The notes under the pieces are model-generated. The model had not been told where the DNA came from, did not search any database, and saw only the letters and a list, made by a program, of their open reading frames with translations. The position numbers and the translations under genes were made by a program. DNA of 64,000 bases from Octopus sinensis (Eukaryota): positions 64,356,001-64,420,000 of the forward strand of contig NC_043001.1 of NCBI RefSeq assembly GCF_006345805.1, given 5' to 3'. Below, in pieces: positions 12,366-26,899 of the stretch (its first letter is position 1; every line of letters begins with the position of its first letter).

Positions 12366-14351
12366 ATTTACAGCTGCTATGCTAATTCTATATTTTGTGT
12401 GTCCTCTTATATCTTCAACATTAACACAGGATCAAAATAAAATGATCAAAATCATGCTGTTTGTTGTATTAATTCTGTCAACAACTTTGCGAGCACTTTT
12501 TAAAAATTTGCATGTATAAATGATTAAATCATAAGGCAATATCATCAATAAAATGTAAGCTGTTTGTATTTTCATTTCACATACTTTTTTACAATGTGTT
12601 TTTCACAAAAATATCTGCTATTAGTAGACACAGAAGTAGAGCTAATGTAAAACTATTTTGGCACCAGAATCTGTTTTCACTCAGGAGTTAGTATTATGAT
12701 GAATTTTTAAAAAAACTACTTATGTACTGTTGTAAATCACAAGTATGATATTGTAAAATGCCTTCTTAAAGAATATGTAAAATGGATATCATAAAATTCC
12801 TTCTTAAATTGAATTTCATTAATTGAATTGTGGGTTTAGACATAAATTACTTAAATATAAGTAAATCTCTAACAGTTGTACTAAGTTATAGGCTTCCTAT
12901 CTAATGAAATTATTCATCGTTATAAGCACAGAGGACTATCAGAAAGTTATACAAGATGCCATTGCATTATCATAATAAAATTTCATACAAATAATGTACA
13001 GCTGCTTAATGTAACAATTGACAATGAGGATGATCACTGGGAAATATATGAATCTTGCTAATATAAAAGAAGCCAAAGAACTGCCGTTAGAATCAAAACT
13101 TATGTGTGAGGACATTTTAAACTTTTTAAAAATGTGTTTCTTTTAACCTGTTGAGTTGTGATGAAAGAAGAATAAATAAATAAACATATTAACTTTGAAC
13201 AAATGTCAATCTCAAAGGGGGAGATGTTGCGGCCAGAGTCATTGGCACCCCTGGGGGATTGGTAGAATGGATGATAGGTGTTATATCATCAGATTATTCT
13301 CTTGTCAGGTCCTTCTGAAAAAAAGAGATGAGTCTTTTTATAAGAGCACTGATTACCAGCCACATTTAAATTCACAGGCATGTACACAACAAGCTTCTAC
13401 ACTTTCCATCTACCAAATTCACTCACAATGTAGTAGGTGACCTGTGACCATAATGGAAGACACTTATCTAAAGTACCATGTTGTGGGACTGAACCTAAAA
13501 CCATGTAATTGTGAAGCAAACTTCTTAATCACACAGCCATGCCTTCAAATAGTTACAAATGTAGAAAAGAAGGATATTTTGCAAGATTTTGTCAATTGAA
13601 GTTTTGTCATAATGTTAATGAGGTTTTAAATGATATTGATTCTACTGAGTGTTAAAAACAAATGCTAAAAATAAAGAACAATTGTGTAGATAACTCAAGA
13701 TTTCGCAAACGCAATAGAAATATTGATTTAAAGGTGAATGCTAGGGTGTCATGTGCAATAATCCTATTTTCAATTGCTTCATTTCACGATATCATATAAA
13801 GATTTTTCTACACGGTGATGAATGTTGATATATTGGAGGTTAGCTGGTGTAGCATTCATGTTTTGCTGACAGCCAGGTTGTCAAAAGAAAATCAGCTAAA
13901 ATTATTTGCATAACATAAGTTCTGGTGGTCTTTTGGTGGTAGTATCTGTTAGAGTTAGTCTAAGAATTTTGTTTGCTGTCATGCTTTATCACTATGATTC
14001 TACCTATTACTTTCAAGTGTCTTTACTTGTCAATTGCATCATGTTTCCCAGTATCAGCTTGCTGTTTCCTGACTGCTGACCCAATCAAGTTTGTTTCTGT
14101 GTTCCTCCAACTCTGATCCATTACCTGTAGTTTGCTAGTTTTTTGATTAGCATAATCAAAGCTTGACTGATTTTCAATCAACAACTTTTGATTTGTTAGA
14201 AATTCTGCTGCCATTAGTCAAAGAGTACAATGTATAGTTGTTGAGAATTGTTGGTTACACTTTTCTTGATGCCGTCACACCCACACGTTGTTGTGTCCAG
14301 GTTCTAAAAATTCCTACAAAATGATAAGATTTTTGCTGACATGCTGACATA

Positions 14352-14522
14352 GGCGCAGGAGTGGCTGTGTGGTAAGTAGCTTGCTAACCAACAACATGGT
14401 TCCGGGTTCAGTCCCACTGCGTGGCACTTTGGGCAAGTGTCTTCTACTATAGCCTTGGGCCGGCCAAAGCCTTGTGAGTGGATTTGGTAGACGGAAACTG
14501 AAAAAAGCCCATCGTATATATG

Positions 14523-14603
<81 letters not shown>

Positions 14604-14805
14604 TTGTGTGCCTGTGTTTGTCCCCCTAGCATTGCTTGGCAACCGATGCGGGTGTGTTCATGTCCCCATCACTTAGCTGTTCGACAAAAGAGACCGATAG
14701 AATAAGTACTGGGCTTACAAAGAATAAGTCCTAGGGTCGAGTTGCTCGATTAAAGGTGGTGCTCCAGCATGGCCGCAGTCAAATGACTGAAACAAGTAAA
14801 AGAGT
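14352..14805 (+). mobile_element. Composite tRNA-derived SINE with central (TA)n(TG)n
   Basis: GGCGCAGGAGTGGCTGTGTGG...GGTTCAGTCCC head, ttgggcaagtg core-like motif, and tail ending aaatgactgaaacaagtaaaaga. Related copies at 47086-47485, 22903-23100 and (minus strand) 13380-13550. Confidence 0.85.
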
Positions 14806-14959
14806 ATGCCAAAATCCTGGTTAGAACACTATTTTGAAACCAAAAGTTCCAAGTTTGAATTGCAGTAGAGATCTGCTACAGCCCTTTCACTTTGGGATTG
14901 ACCATAAAAGATATAATTAAAGTTAATGGTTTTCAAGCTCATATTGACTTGTCATGATA

Positions 14960-15880
14960 CAAACTATTGTGTGATTAATTCAATAAGACATATTCCATTT
15001 CACTTAGATGATGAAGTTTATGATAAGTTGCAAAGATTAGAAATGATAGGTGTTATATCATCAGATTATTCTCTTGTCAGGTCCTTCTGAAAAAAAGAGA
15101 TGAGTCTTTTTATAAGAGCACTGATTACCAGCCACATTTAAATTCACATATTAAAAGCATAAACTTTTTTGATGCTATCAATTGATATAATTTTTTGGGG
15201 TATGACAGAACATTTTTCTCAACACTTGATTCACAGCAAGCATATCAACAAATATGGTTAGCTAAATATCCAGTGTATTTGTGTTATTAATACAACCAAT
15301 AATCAGTACTTAGTGAACATACTTCAAATGGGTTTTCAGAATTCAAATGACTTGTTTCAGAACTGTATGGAGGCTGTATTAAAAGGGATCAAAGGAGTCA
15401 GAGTATATCCTTATCTGTGCTACCACTGAACCAAAGTTAATGAGCAGAGAGAATGTTGTTGCTAGATTAACTAAGGCAAAATTCTCAGTCAATAAAGAAA
15501 AGTCATTCTCCTGAAGAACAAGTCTGATTTCTCTTGGCTTGAATATATGTGAAAAGAGGATTACTCTTGAAAAAATATAGGCTCTGAAATCAAATAAAGA
15601 GAATGGTAATTTAGAATTCCTATCATTTGTCTTACCGAAGCATAAATTTTATAGCTATTTTCAATGGAAAACCTGAGCACTCATACTGTGAATGTATCAA
15701 AACTTGCAATAACTAGAGTTATCTCACACCTTTCTCCAGTCACAATGGAATTAATCAAACGATGAAAGGTAGGCTTACGGAGTAGTATTGTGTGTATATA
15801 GATTGCAACACTTTCTCTTAGGAAAGCAATCATTAAGGATCTAGATATGTTTCAACAAGCTTCACCAAATATACCTAAAT
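14960..15880 (+). mobile_element. Degenerate Gypsy RT/RNase H fragment
   Basis: RHIPFHLDDEVYDKLQRLEMIGVI...DYQPHLN...FFSTLDSQQAYQQI...INT...FQNCMEAVLKGIKGVRVY. Confidence 0.7.
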
Positions 15881-16759
15881 GGCTTAATTCTTTCACAACA
15901 TTATTTCAACATTAAGCACATTTTTAGAAAGAATATTTCAGATTTTGGTGCACTTTCATGTTTGACACATAACAGCAATAAGAATTGTCATATAATTTTC
16001 TTAGCATCATCTTTGAAGAAATATACTAATCATTGAAAACATTCTCAAACAATTGAATACTTATAGATTTAAAAAAGAAAAAAAAAAACAGGAAGAAAGA
16101 ATAATGCTGTAAAGTATTCCAACAATATTTGGAATCACTTTCAAATTTGGAGTTTTCATTTGCTAAAGAGGAATTTTTTAATCTGAGAACAGTTTGATGA
16201 ACATCTTATAGAGCCACAGTATTAACTAGAATACATGGCACTTATATGAGTAGTTAGTAAATGATTAAAAAAGTACAACTCTGTGTTTGGTGGTCAGGTT
16301 TGGCTCCATTGGAAAATTTTAAAAATTCTCTGATAATTATCAAAAGTTAAGACTGCATCTAATAAAAGTTAATGATACATTGTCGGTTTGTGGGCCCTGG
16401 AAATGTGTTCGAATGGATTGAGCAGAATATTGGTAACATTTTAATCATTGTTTATTTATACTCAACATAAATTAAAACATTTTGTATGCCCACATCATAC
16501 AACTGCAGTAGTGCAAAGCAAGTTGATTGAAGTCTGCTCTTTTCCTTCAAATTGGAATAAAGGCATCATGCCTGAGGAAAGATCACCATGTAATAGAGTG
16601 GCTGATGCAGTAAATATTGTTCACTGTTCTTCATAGCTTTTGCCATTTTATGTACAAGGTGTCAGTGAGAAAATTATTCAATAGGAAATGTAGAATTTGT
16701 TTATTTCAATAAATTTTACATTGTTTATGATATTAATTTTTGTACATTGTTATTCTTAA

Positions 16760-18060
16760 GATCTTCTTTATCACCCTTCTTGTACAGCAGGATCATATTT
16801 GACTCATTCCATTACGAAGGTATTGACCCTTCCTCTAGGTAGTGGTTGAAGTGTAAAGCAAGGATTTTCCATAGCTGCTCTCCATCATCCTGCAGCATTT
16901 CATTTGTTATACCATCCTTGCCTGGTACTTTTCCTTTCATCAGTTTGAGAGCTCTCTTGATTTCACTGATCAGAATAGATGGTACTTTCTCTCCTTCACT
17001 TTCCACCAATGGAGGCGTGACCACTGCTCTCGATTTCAAGAGGTTTGTGTATGAGGTTTTGCAGACTTCTTCCTCACCTCTTCTGTCAGTCACTGTATTA
17101 CTGTTCTGGTTCTTCAGTATCGTTACTTCTGTTCTATAAAGCATCATCTTCCTTTCACATTTCTTGAAGCTTTTCCTTTCTTGTGTGGTCTTCAGGAGTT
17201 GAAGTCATTCTCAAGACATCATCTTATTGCCTTGCAGAGAACAATATTCTACCAGATGTTTTCCATCTCTATTCATGTTTCTCTGCTTTTCCAGCAGCTT
17301 CTTTGCTCTGAGATCCTTCTTATCTCCTACAAAACTACAACCAAGCTTTTCTTCAACTTCTGGATCAGTGTCTCATAATTTTCATCTATTTTCTCAAGCT
17401 GATCTCAGGATTCATTCCTGATGGCTTCCCTCAGCTGTTCTTCCTTCATGACCTTCACATGTTGTTCCCTTGATGCTAACTGCAGTACTTTTTTCTCCCT
17501 TCTCTCATCCAACACAATCTTTGGCCGCACATATATATCTCAGTCAAGAAGTGACTATTAGGTGAGAGATGGAGAAGCGTAAGAGCAGGATGGAGAGCAC
17601 TCAACTTGGTAAAGGATGTGCTGAAGGTGAACTTAGACAAGGCAATTTGTGCCAATTTATTCAACAGCATAGGCTTCCCTGCAATGTTATATGCATGTGT
17701 GACTTGGGCCTTGATGAAAAGAGAACATCTGCTTATGACAAGAGAGCCATGGAAAGGTTGACGCTGGGAATCTTGCTAAGAGATCACATCCAGAACAAGG
17801 AGATCAGGGAATGTAGGATGTTGTTGCAGAATACCACCATGCAAAGCTACAATGGGCCAGTCATGTTGCAAGGTTCATAGACAATTGGTGGATCGGTGCA
17901 GTTGTTGAGTGGTACCTGCATGACTAGAAGAGACCATTCGGAAGACCTCCAATCAAGTGGGATGATGATTTAAGAAAGATGTTTGGAATAATGTGGAGAA
18001 GAATGGTAAGAGCATGAGGCGAATAGAGCAAATGCTGTGACCAGCGGAGCCGACTTGGCA
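16760..18060. mobile_element. Rearranged RTE (BovB-like): inverted 5' segment joined to a forward 3' segment
   Basis: Minus strand 16760-17500 gives GKVPGKDGITNEML...IP and ILLYKKGDKEDLKN. Plus strand 17600-18060 gives RAMERLTLGILLRDHIQN...GRPPIKWDDDL. Confidence 0.7.
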
Positions 18061-18384
18061 CCAGACAGCCTGGCCAATCCAGGTGCCATTGTTATTATTT
18101 TATTTTCATAAAATTTCTTATATCTTATGTCTTTCATTTAAAAAAAATGTTTATTTAACATTCAGAAACAATTGCAAGAAATAAATATTTACAGTTCTTT
18201 CCAATCTACAAATGCGTGCACATGTACACTCTCTCACATGCATACATACACATGTTCTAGATGATTACTGATCAATAATACATTTGATTTATGAGAACAT
18301 CTCTTAAAGCTCAATCAGTATCTATACAGAATGATTTGAAGTGTATGTTGAACATTAATTCATCTATTTATTATATTTTCATAG

Positions 18385-18405
18385 CTTGAACAACTAATAA
18401 TTGGT
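18385..18405 (+). CDS. HORMAD1: HORMAD 21-nt microexon (LEQLIIG)
   Basis: ttttcatag|CTT GAA CAA CTA ATA ATT GGT|gtaagt. Phase 0, and it aligns with LRMVVLA following KKY. Confidence 0.85.
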
Positions 18406-18999
18406 GTAAGTATGATTTACTTCTTAATGCAATATTTCTGTGATTAATTTTATAATTTATATTTTCATTTATTTTCTATTTACATTATTTTTTTTGTTGA
18501 TATTTATAATTAATAAATCTCTTTCACTAACTTTCTGTTTCCATTTTCCTCTTACTAACTACCTCTTTGTCTTTCTTATGCCAGCTTTTTCATAGCTGGA
18601 TCCTGAAGATAATTACAATTTTAGTAGTTGCAACACTCATATTCCAAGAAGTTTATATGGCTGGTTAAAAAGTTCACTTTGCAATCGTGTAGTTCTGGAT
18701 TCAATCCTCACTCCACGGCACCCTGGGAAAGTATCTGCTATTGTAACTTCAGCTTGTGAGTGGAATTCCATTGATGGAAACTGTGCTTATGACACACACT
18801 TACGTACACGTACACACACACGCACACATGCACACACACACGCTCACAAAGTTGTCCCTCAATCTACATTACTCACTCCGCACATTTGGGGGAGATTGAA
18901 GTTTTGTTTTTTCTCTTTATATATACAGAAGCACAACTTTCTCATTTCTGTCTTGTTTTTTTATATTTTCTTTTTTACTTTTGTTTCATTTCTTTGATT

Positions 19000-21900
19000 T
19001 TAATTCCTTCAACTGTTTGGGAGTGGCACTTCTTCACACATGTCTCCTCATCCATCCATAGTACATGTCCATACCAGCACAGATGTCTTTCTTGCACGCC
19101 ACATCCAATGCTTCTTATGTCCAGCATTTCTCTCAGGGCACTTACACTCTGTCGTGTATGCACACTGACATTACACATCCAGCGGATCATGCTAGCTTCA
19201 TTTATTTCAAGCCTACGCATGTCCTCTGCAGTCACAGCCCATGTTTCACTACCGTGAAGCATGGCAGTTCGCACACATGCATCGTACAATCTACCTTTCA
19301 CTCTGAGAGAGAGACCCTTTGTCACCAGTAGGGGTAGGAGCTTTCTAAACTTTGCCCAGGCTATTCTTATTCTAGTGGTAACACTCACTGAGCATCCACC
19401 TCCGCTACTAACTTGGTCACCTAGGTAGCGGAAACTATCAATTATTTCTAGTTTCTCCGCCGGGAGTGTAATGGAATCTGTTTTCTGAGTATTTGTGGTG
19501 TCCCTGTGCATCTGCCACACATGAAAGCTATCTTATCAGTTAATTTCCCTTTGATGTTGCTGTACCTCTTATGTGTCCATAGCTTACACTGGGTACATCT
19601 TATGGAGTTTCTACCTACACGTTTTCTACAAATTGAGCAGGGCCACCTACCTGAAGGGGTGTGTGGTGTGTTTGCCTTCCTACTTACTATAACTTTGGTC
19701 TTTGCTACATTGACTCTAAAGCCTTTTGATTCTAAACCTAGCTTCCACACCCGAAATTTCTTTTCTAGTTCTGGTAGTGATTCTGCTATGAGGGCCAGGT
19801 CATCAGCATAGAGGAGCTCTCAGGGGCAACCTGTCTTGAATTCCTCTGTTATTGCCTGGAGGACTATGATGAATAAAAGGGGACTGAGGGTTGAACCTTG
19901 GTGGATGCCAACTTCTACCCAGAATTCTTCACTATACTCATTGCCAATACTAACCTTGCTGACGGCCTCTCTGTATAGGGCCTGTACAGCCCTTATTAAC
20001 CATTCGTCAATCTCTAATTTCCGCATCACCCAGCAGATAAGAGATCGGGGGACCCTGTCAAAGGCTTTCTCCAAGTCCACGAAAGCTATGTAGAGGGGTT
20101 TATCTTTAGCTAGGTATTTTTCCTGCAGTTGTTGAACCAGGAATATGGCATCAGTGGTGCTTCTACCCAGCACAAAACCAAACTGCATCTCATCTAAGCA
20201 GACTCTCTCCCTAATGAGATGGGCTATGACCCTCTCTGTGACCTTTGTCATCTGATCCAACAGTTTAATACCCTGTAGTTATTTCTATTTAGAGCATCAC
20301 CTTTACCCTTGAAGCAGTTGACTATGGTCCTGCTACGCCAGTCATTGGGTATGACTCCATTATGAACTACCTGGTTTACAATGCGTGTGACTAGGCCATA
20401 GCCCACGCCACCAGGTATTTTAAGCATCTCAGCAGTGATTCCTGATGGGCCAGGGGCTTTTTCTGGCTTCATACCCTTAATTGCTTTATCTACTATTGGG
20501 ATAGCTGGTCCCTCTACTGGATCAACATTTGGCAGGCTCTCCTCCTCCCATTCATTCTCCACATTCAGCAGTCTCTCATAATGGCTTTTCCAAGCCTCTT
20601 TCTTTTCAGAAACATTGAAAGCAAGTGCACCATCATCCATGCGGACACATTTCTCTTCTGTGACATCTCAATTTTCTCTCATACACTGTCTAGCAACCCA
20701 AAATACCTCAGTTCTTTGGTCCTCACATCGCTGGGCATTGGCAAACTTATTCTTTTCTGCTTCACCCTTGGCTATGTATACCTGCTGCCCAGCCTACCTT
20801 CTGGCTACCTGGTACAGTTCCCTGCTACCCCCATCCCTCCAGGCTTTCCAGGCCTGTTTCTTTGCTCTAATGGCTTTGTCTACTGTACTATTCCACCATC
20901 ACGTAACTCTAGGTCTGGAAGGGACTTTGCACCATCCACAGACTTGGTCTGTGGCACTCAGCAAGCTGTCCTGTAGGAATTTCCAGCTACCTTCTATGTC
21001 CGACGTCTGTAGCTCCTCCTCCCTCTCATCAAATTTCTTGATGAGGATGTCCCTAAATCTCTGACCATGTGAAGGGTTCTTTAGCTTCCAAATCCTTCTT
21101 TTCTGGATTGGTCTGCTTCTTGGTATCCTTCTGGCCTCGAGCCTAAAGTCACTAATGACTAGCTTATGCTGGGGGGTACATTCTTCACCCGGGAGGATCT
21201 TTGTATTTAAGAGCAACCCTGCATCCTACTGTCTGGTGAGGATGAAATCAATCTGGTTAGCAGAGTCCCCTGACTGATAGGTTATAAGGTGGCTGTCTGG
21301 CTCCCTGAAGTTAGTGTTGCAGATTAAAAGGTTACATGCATCACAGAATTCCAGTAGTCTAGTTCCCTCATCATTTTGGGTGCCAATACCATGGCCACCG
21401 TGTACCCCAGTGAAGATACCATATTCCCGCCGAACATGCCCATTAAAGTCTCCAGCCACAAAGATGAGGTCATTGCCACTCATCTTTGAGGTAGCCTGTA
21501 GAAGGGCATCATAAAAGTGGTCCTTCTGATCATTTGGTAGCCCCGCATGTGGGGCATAGGCGGAGATAATTGTAGCTGTGCCGTTCTGTAGGACTAGCCT
21601 GAGCTCAAGCACCCTATCACATACCCTGACAACCTCTATGACCTTATCCACCCATTTCTCCACAAGGAGTATGCCTACACCATCCATGTTACCTTGCCAG
21701 AAGACTTTATACCTATGTGCCTTGCTGAAGCACCTCTCCATTTTACCTCTTGTATGCAGCATACATCAACCCGTCTCCTTTCAAACATCTCTACAATCTC
21801 ACTAGACCTACCTTTCAGTGTACCAACATTGACAGTGCCAACTCTGAAAACTGGGAAGGTAATGTGGGGTGAGGTTTGGGGAGGAGGGATGTAATTCAGT

Positions 21901-22650
21901 GCCTGAAAAGAAGAGGGTTGTTGTGGTGATCGTTTTTTAGGCATGCTTCATCTGATCTCTCTTCCGACCTGACAACATTCAAGCATTTAGGCATGTAAAG
22001 ATTGTTCCCCCTGCTGGAGGTAGGAGCTGGTGTTAGCAGCATTGTGAGCATAAGCATTAAGGTCATCGATGATGTAAATTCAAGCGGTGTGGCCGAAATA
22101 TGGATATTCCAGGTGTTAGCATCGTTGTAAGCATAAACATTATGGTCATTGAATGATGTAGATTTAAGTGGTGTAGCAGAAATATGGACATTCCAATGTT
22201 AAGTTAGGAGGGGGTCAGCTGAAAACTGGTTGCATTTGTGGCAGGGAAGGGTTCAGGCAGAGAGAGGGAGAGAAAGAGAAGAAGGGATAGAAGAGAGTGA
22301 GTGCAGGTAATATAGGGAACAGCACCGGTGAGGAGGGGGAGTTGGGAGAAGTGATAACTGGTAGGGGTGGTGACAAGTTCGAGACAGAACGAAACGTAAG
22401 ATAGTACCAGTAAGCAGGGAGAATTGGAAGAGGAGATAACTGGTTGAAGTGGTGACAGATTTCTAGTCAGAACGAAACGTAAGATAACTGAGACAAATGG
22501 TTGTGTGTCAGGTGAGAGGTTGGAGGGACAGGGATAGCTGTCTTGCTACAGAAATACTTGGCTATTCTAGTAGGACAAGGAAGGAGAGGGAGATGGGAGA
22601 GTGTTAGAGAGAAAGGCTAAACACAGAGATATGGGTAGGCCCTGAAAGAG
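19000..22650 (-). mobile_element. Near-full-length degenerate RTE LINE (APE endonuclease + RT with PHD-finger insertion), 3' UTR missing
   Basis: ORF pieces: GTVNVGTL, AGDFNGHV, QIDFIL (APE); KAPGPSG, QFGF, FVDLEKAFDRVP, HQGSTLSPLLF, YADD (gatgacctg at ~19800 read on the minus strand); LHGSETW. Confidence 0.92.
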
Positions 22651-22902
22651 AGAGGACCTACCCATAGGTAACAGTGGATGGAGTATTAGTAGTACAGAAG
22701 TGATAGAGATGTTCCATAAGAGTGTGAGGGGAGATAGCTAGTGATGGTGAAAGGAATTGGAGTGGCTGGGAGGTGGGTATGGTAGATATGTAAAGGCATG
22801 GAAAGTTTGCAGATAGGCACATGAAGGAGAGTGGAACATCCTGCTGTAGGGAAGGAGGGAGAATACATACATATGCATACATACGTACATATATCTGTGG
22901 TG

Positions 22903-23100
22903 CCGGCATGGCACTATGGTTAAGAAGTTTGCTTCCCAACCACATGATTTCAGGTTCAATCACACTTTGTGGTATTTTGAGCAAATGTCTTCAACTATAG
23001 CCATGGCCTAACCAAAGCCTTGTGAGAGGATTTGATAGACAGAAACTGAAAGAAGACTCTCATGTGCATGTATGTGTGTGTGTGTGTGTGTGTGTTCTCT
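22903..23100 (+). mobile_element. SINE 5' half
   Basis: ggcatggcactatggttaagaagtttgcttcccaaccacatg...gaaactgaaagaag, same family as 14352. Confidence 0.75.
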
Positions 23101-24789
23101 TGATATTGTGTCACTATCATACAAACAGGATCATTCAATTCCAATGAATAAATATTACCTTGCTTGGAAATAAATGAAGATTGGCAACAAGAAGGGCAAC
23201 AGCTGCCTAAAGAAGGCTCACCTTGAATCTAAGGTAATATCTACTTTACCATCTGATCAAGCCAATTCACCAATATGAATACAATTTTTTCCACTTCTGG
23301 AGGTAATATATTGGCCATCGTGCTATGTACAGTGTTGCAATTTGCAATGTTAAAAAATTAAAAAATGGAATGTATGAATTCTATAACATTTTTCATGCCC
23401 CTCAAATTCCCAGCAATGGACTGTTTCTACATATAAATTGTTTGTCTTGTTCCACTTGTTTATATATATTTTTTCATTTTGCATGCCTTTTTGTGTTGTT
23501 TTTCTAATGTTCATGCATGCACACACTCACATTTCTTTTTGATAGATACATGCTGCCTTTCATGCATACACCAACACAAAAATTAATTTTTCTATACCTT
23601 TTTATGCATTCTATTTCGTATGCATTTCATCTGCACATTTCAAATGCACATTTGCAGATGTAACAACAGCTGAATTTTGTTTTGTTGACAATAAATGTTT
23701 GTCTTCCGGACTACATATTAATCATGTGGTAGTATACTTATAACCTTGCAACATAATTATGTTCAACATCTCATTCATAAACCACATTTGATTTTTTTTT
23801 CCTGTTATTTACTTGTACACACACTCTACCCCATCCATCATATCTACAAATCACATAGTTATCTTGCTTTACAGTAGTTTATGCATGAATGTTTTCTTTT
23901 TCTTAGAGATCTCAACCTTTTCTGAATTTTTGCTTTTAGCTTGAACAACATTACGACAAACATGCATGCACACATTCAGTTACATACACGCATCCTACTA
24001 TTTGTGCCTCTTCAATTCGTTTCCAGTTCTGTGTCAACTCTAACCTGTAATTTCACTACTGTATCTGTTGGATCCTGCACCTAGTGTCAGTTCACTTTGC
24101 ACTGTTTTACTTTTCATCTGTGATTGAATTTGCTTCACAGCTTAACTTGAATTTTCTCCTGGCATTTTCAAAAGAGAACACAGACTATGTTTTCTGTGCT
24201 CAGGTAATGATTTATATAGAGGAAATTTACTCAGCGCAACACATTCAACATGTCTTTTTCAGTTTGTCATACTTGATTTACTTGCAGCACTTATTCATGA
24301 CCTCAGTACCTGACCCACTTGGCCTCTGCACTTCGTTCAAGGCATCTATCAGTGTGTACAGCACATCTCCAGAAATCTTTCTGTTACATTATGGATTGAG
24401 GATATGTGGCTTTAATTTTTCTCAGTTCCTTGCAGTGCAAATTGGCAGCTGCACTATATTCAAACCCACCTGAATATTATACTGTACTATATTCAGAATC
24501 ACTTGAATATCACACTCATACTTATATGCAATCTGGTACTTCACTGTTCAAACTTACTCAAATACATACACATTCCTGTACAATCTGCTGTGTCCTTCAG
24601 GATCCTATTTTCTGGATGCATGATCCCACTATATGGTTCATTATCAAGGCACAATTAAATTTTCACTGGATGTTGATGGATAGCATGCATGTTTCACACA
24701 CAATTAGTGTTATGCCTCTGGAGATAATTAAAAAAATTAGGATTTGCTGAGAAATCCATTGGGGATTGTCACATCCTACCATCTACTCC

Positions 24790-26880
24790 AATGTAAAGTA
24801 ACAAGGAGCTGTTAACCATTTCCCAGTTGCAACTTTTGGAGAGAAATTGCTTACCTGGGATCTTTGTCTTAGAAGAGGGTTTCAGTGAGTCTTCATTACT
24901 GATCTGCCAATGCCTATTCTTGGAGCTGACTTTTTGCATCATTTCGATGTTCTAGTGAATGTTAATCACCACAGACTTGTTGGTTTCACCACTAATCTAA
25001 ATGTTTATGACTTTAGCATTAGGTTTTTTTCTCCCTCAGTTCTGACTTCTTGGCCTCTTCTTGTCCAAGCAGATATGATGCTATTTTGTGTAAGTACCTC
25101 AACATCTCTTGCCCTCATTTCAAAACCTGTCCTGTAACTCATTTTGTAATTCACCATATCATTACTGAAAAACCTTCATTGGTTTCTCATCCCTAACAAC
25201 TTGCTCCTGGTAGTGCTTAGATTGCCAAAGCAGAGTTCAAGAACATGCTGGAACTGAGCAAAGTTCATCCATCCAGCAGCAATTCACTTCAGATGTTTCC
25301 CCCCAAATCTGCTGATGACTGATGGCCTTATGGCAACTATTGAGATCTTAGCAAATGTATATGACCTAACAAGTACCTCATGCCTCAAGTACAGGACTTT
25401 TCTTCTACTCTGCATGGAGCTGACTGGTGGTCTTATGGCAACTATTGAGATCTTAGCATATGTATGTGACCTAACAAGTACCTCATGCCTCATGTACAGG
25501 ACTTTTCTTCTACTCTGCATGGAGCTAAAGTGTTTTTAAAAATTGATCTCATTCATGGTTATAATCAATACCCACTGAACCCAACAGTATTTCTAAATTG
25601 GTTATTACAACAGCTTTTGGTTTCTTTTTGAACTTTTCAGATGCTATTTGGTTTACATAATTCTTCATCAACCTTCTAGCATTTTATCAAAAATGTAATT
25701 CAAAGATTACTGTTCATCTATGCATAAACTGATGATCTGCTCATTCCAGTGCAACTAAAAATGAATATTAGAAGCATCTTCAGTTACTTTTTATCATCTT
25801 TCTCGGTATGATCACTTCAACACCAGTAAATGATTTTTTTTTGTGTTTCCTTTTTAGATTTCCTGGGACTGTCCTCTTAACAATAAGGTCAAATCTTAGA
25901 GATTTCCCTGCTCCTACTTCATTGAGAAAACTAAGAGATTTTCTTGACTTGATGAATTTCTGTTGATGACTTACTCTGTTCATTTTTTTTTTGTGGAACT
26001 CCTTCAAATCCTCATGGATATCTTATGCAATCATACGTATAAGAGCCAGTTCATTATTCTCAAGGATGCAGAGTCTTCTGGCTTTCTTAAAATCAAGAAG
26101 TTCTTATCTTACTCTACTCTGTTGGTTTGTCAAAAATCCTGATGTACCACCATGTTTGTTAGCTGATGCATCTGATGCTGGTGCTGGTGACATCCTTCAG
26201 CAAAACATTATGTGAATGGGGCAGTTAGTTTCTTTTCTAAATACCTTTTACCAGCTGAAATAAAGTAAAATCATTTTGGTTGGAAACTACTTGCAGCATA
26301 CCTCAGTGTTAAACATTTCCAGCACATGCTAAAAAGTTCTGTTTTCTCCATCTACACTGATCATAAACTTTTCATATATGCTTTGAATTACAAGCCTGAC
26401 TGCCACTCACCTAGGGAAGTTTGTCACCTCAACTTCATATCCCTATTTACATCACATTAAAGGTTTCAACAGTTCTTCTGCTGATACCCTTTCTTATATC
26501 CATGTAAGTGCACTGCACATTCTTGTTTCCATCAATCTCCAGGAGTTAGCTGCTGATCAAGAGCAAAATAAAGAGCTCTTCAAACTTCGAAATTCTTCTT
26601 CTTCTTTAACTTTCAAACTTCTTCCTCTATCGTCTTCTTTGGGTCATATTTAGTGTAACATCTCCATTGGGTCGCAAACATTCCAGAAACACAGATGTTT
26701 GGTTTTCTTGGCTTTCCACAATTTATCTCATACCTTGGTGCCAATCCACCATGATACTAATGTTAGTCCATTTTGTGTACACTGTTATCAACAAAAACAT
26801 TAGGGAATGGGTCAGGAATTGCATTCATTGTTAGACAGCAAAAATTTATCATGTTAAAACACCTTTGGGCACTTTCTTAA
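24790..26880 (+). mobile_element. Degenerate Gypsy pol (protease end, RT, RNase H, integrase zinc finger)
   Basis: PILGADFLHHF; AKAEFKNMLEL; RT start duplicated in tandem (25316-25525); LLADASDAGAGDILQQ; IYTDHK; HSPREVCHLNFI. Confidence 0.8.
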
Positions 26881-26899
26881 CACCAGATACTTATTTTCA

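Noticed and set aside
13700-14220. Possible decayed LINE ORF1 coiled-coil on the minus strand
   Set aside because: Too degenerate to support without a profile search.
14304-14705. ORFs with IY/YI runs (also near 28191, 43879, 61393)
   Set aside because: Products of (TA)n/(TG)n microsatellites.
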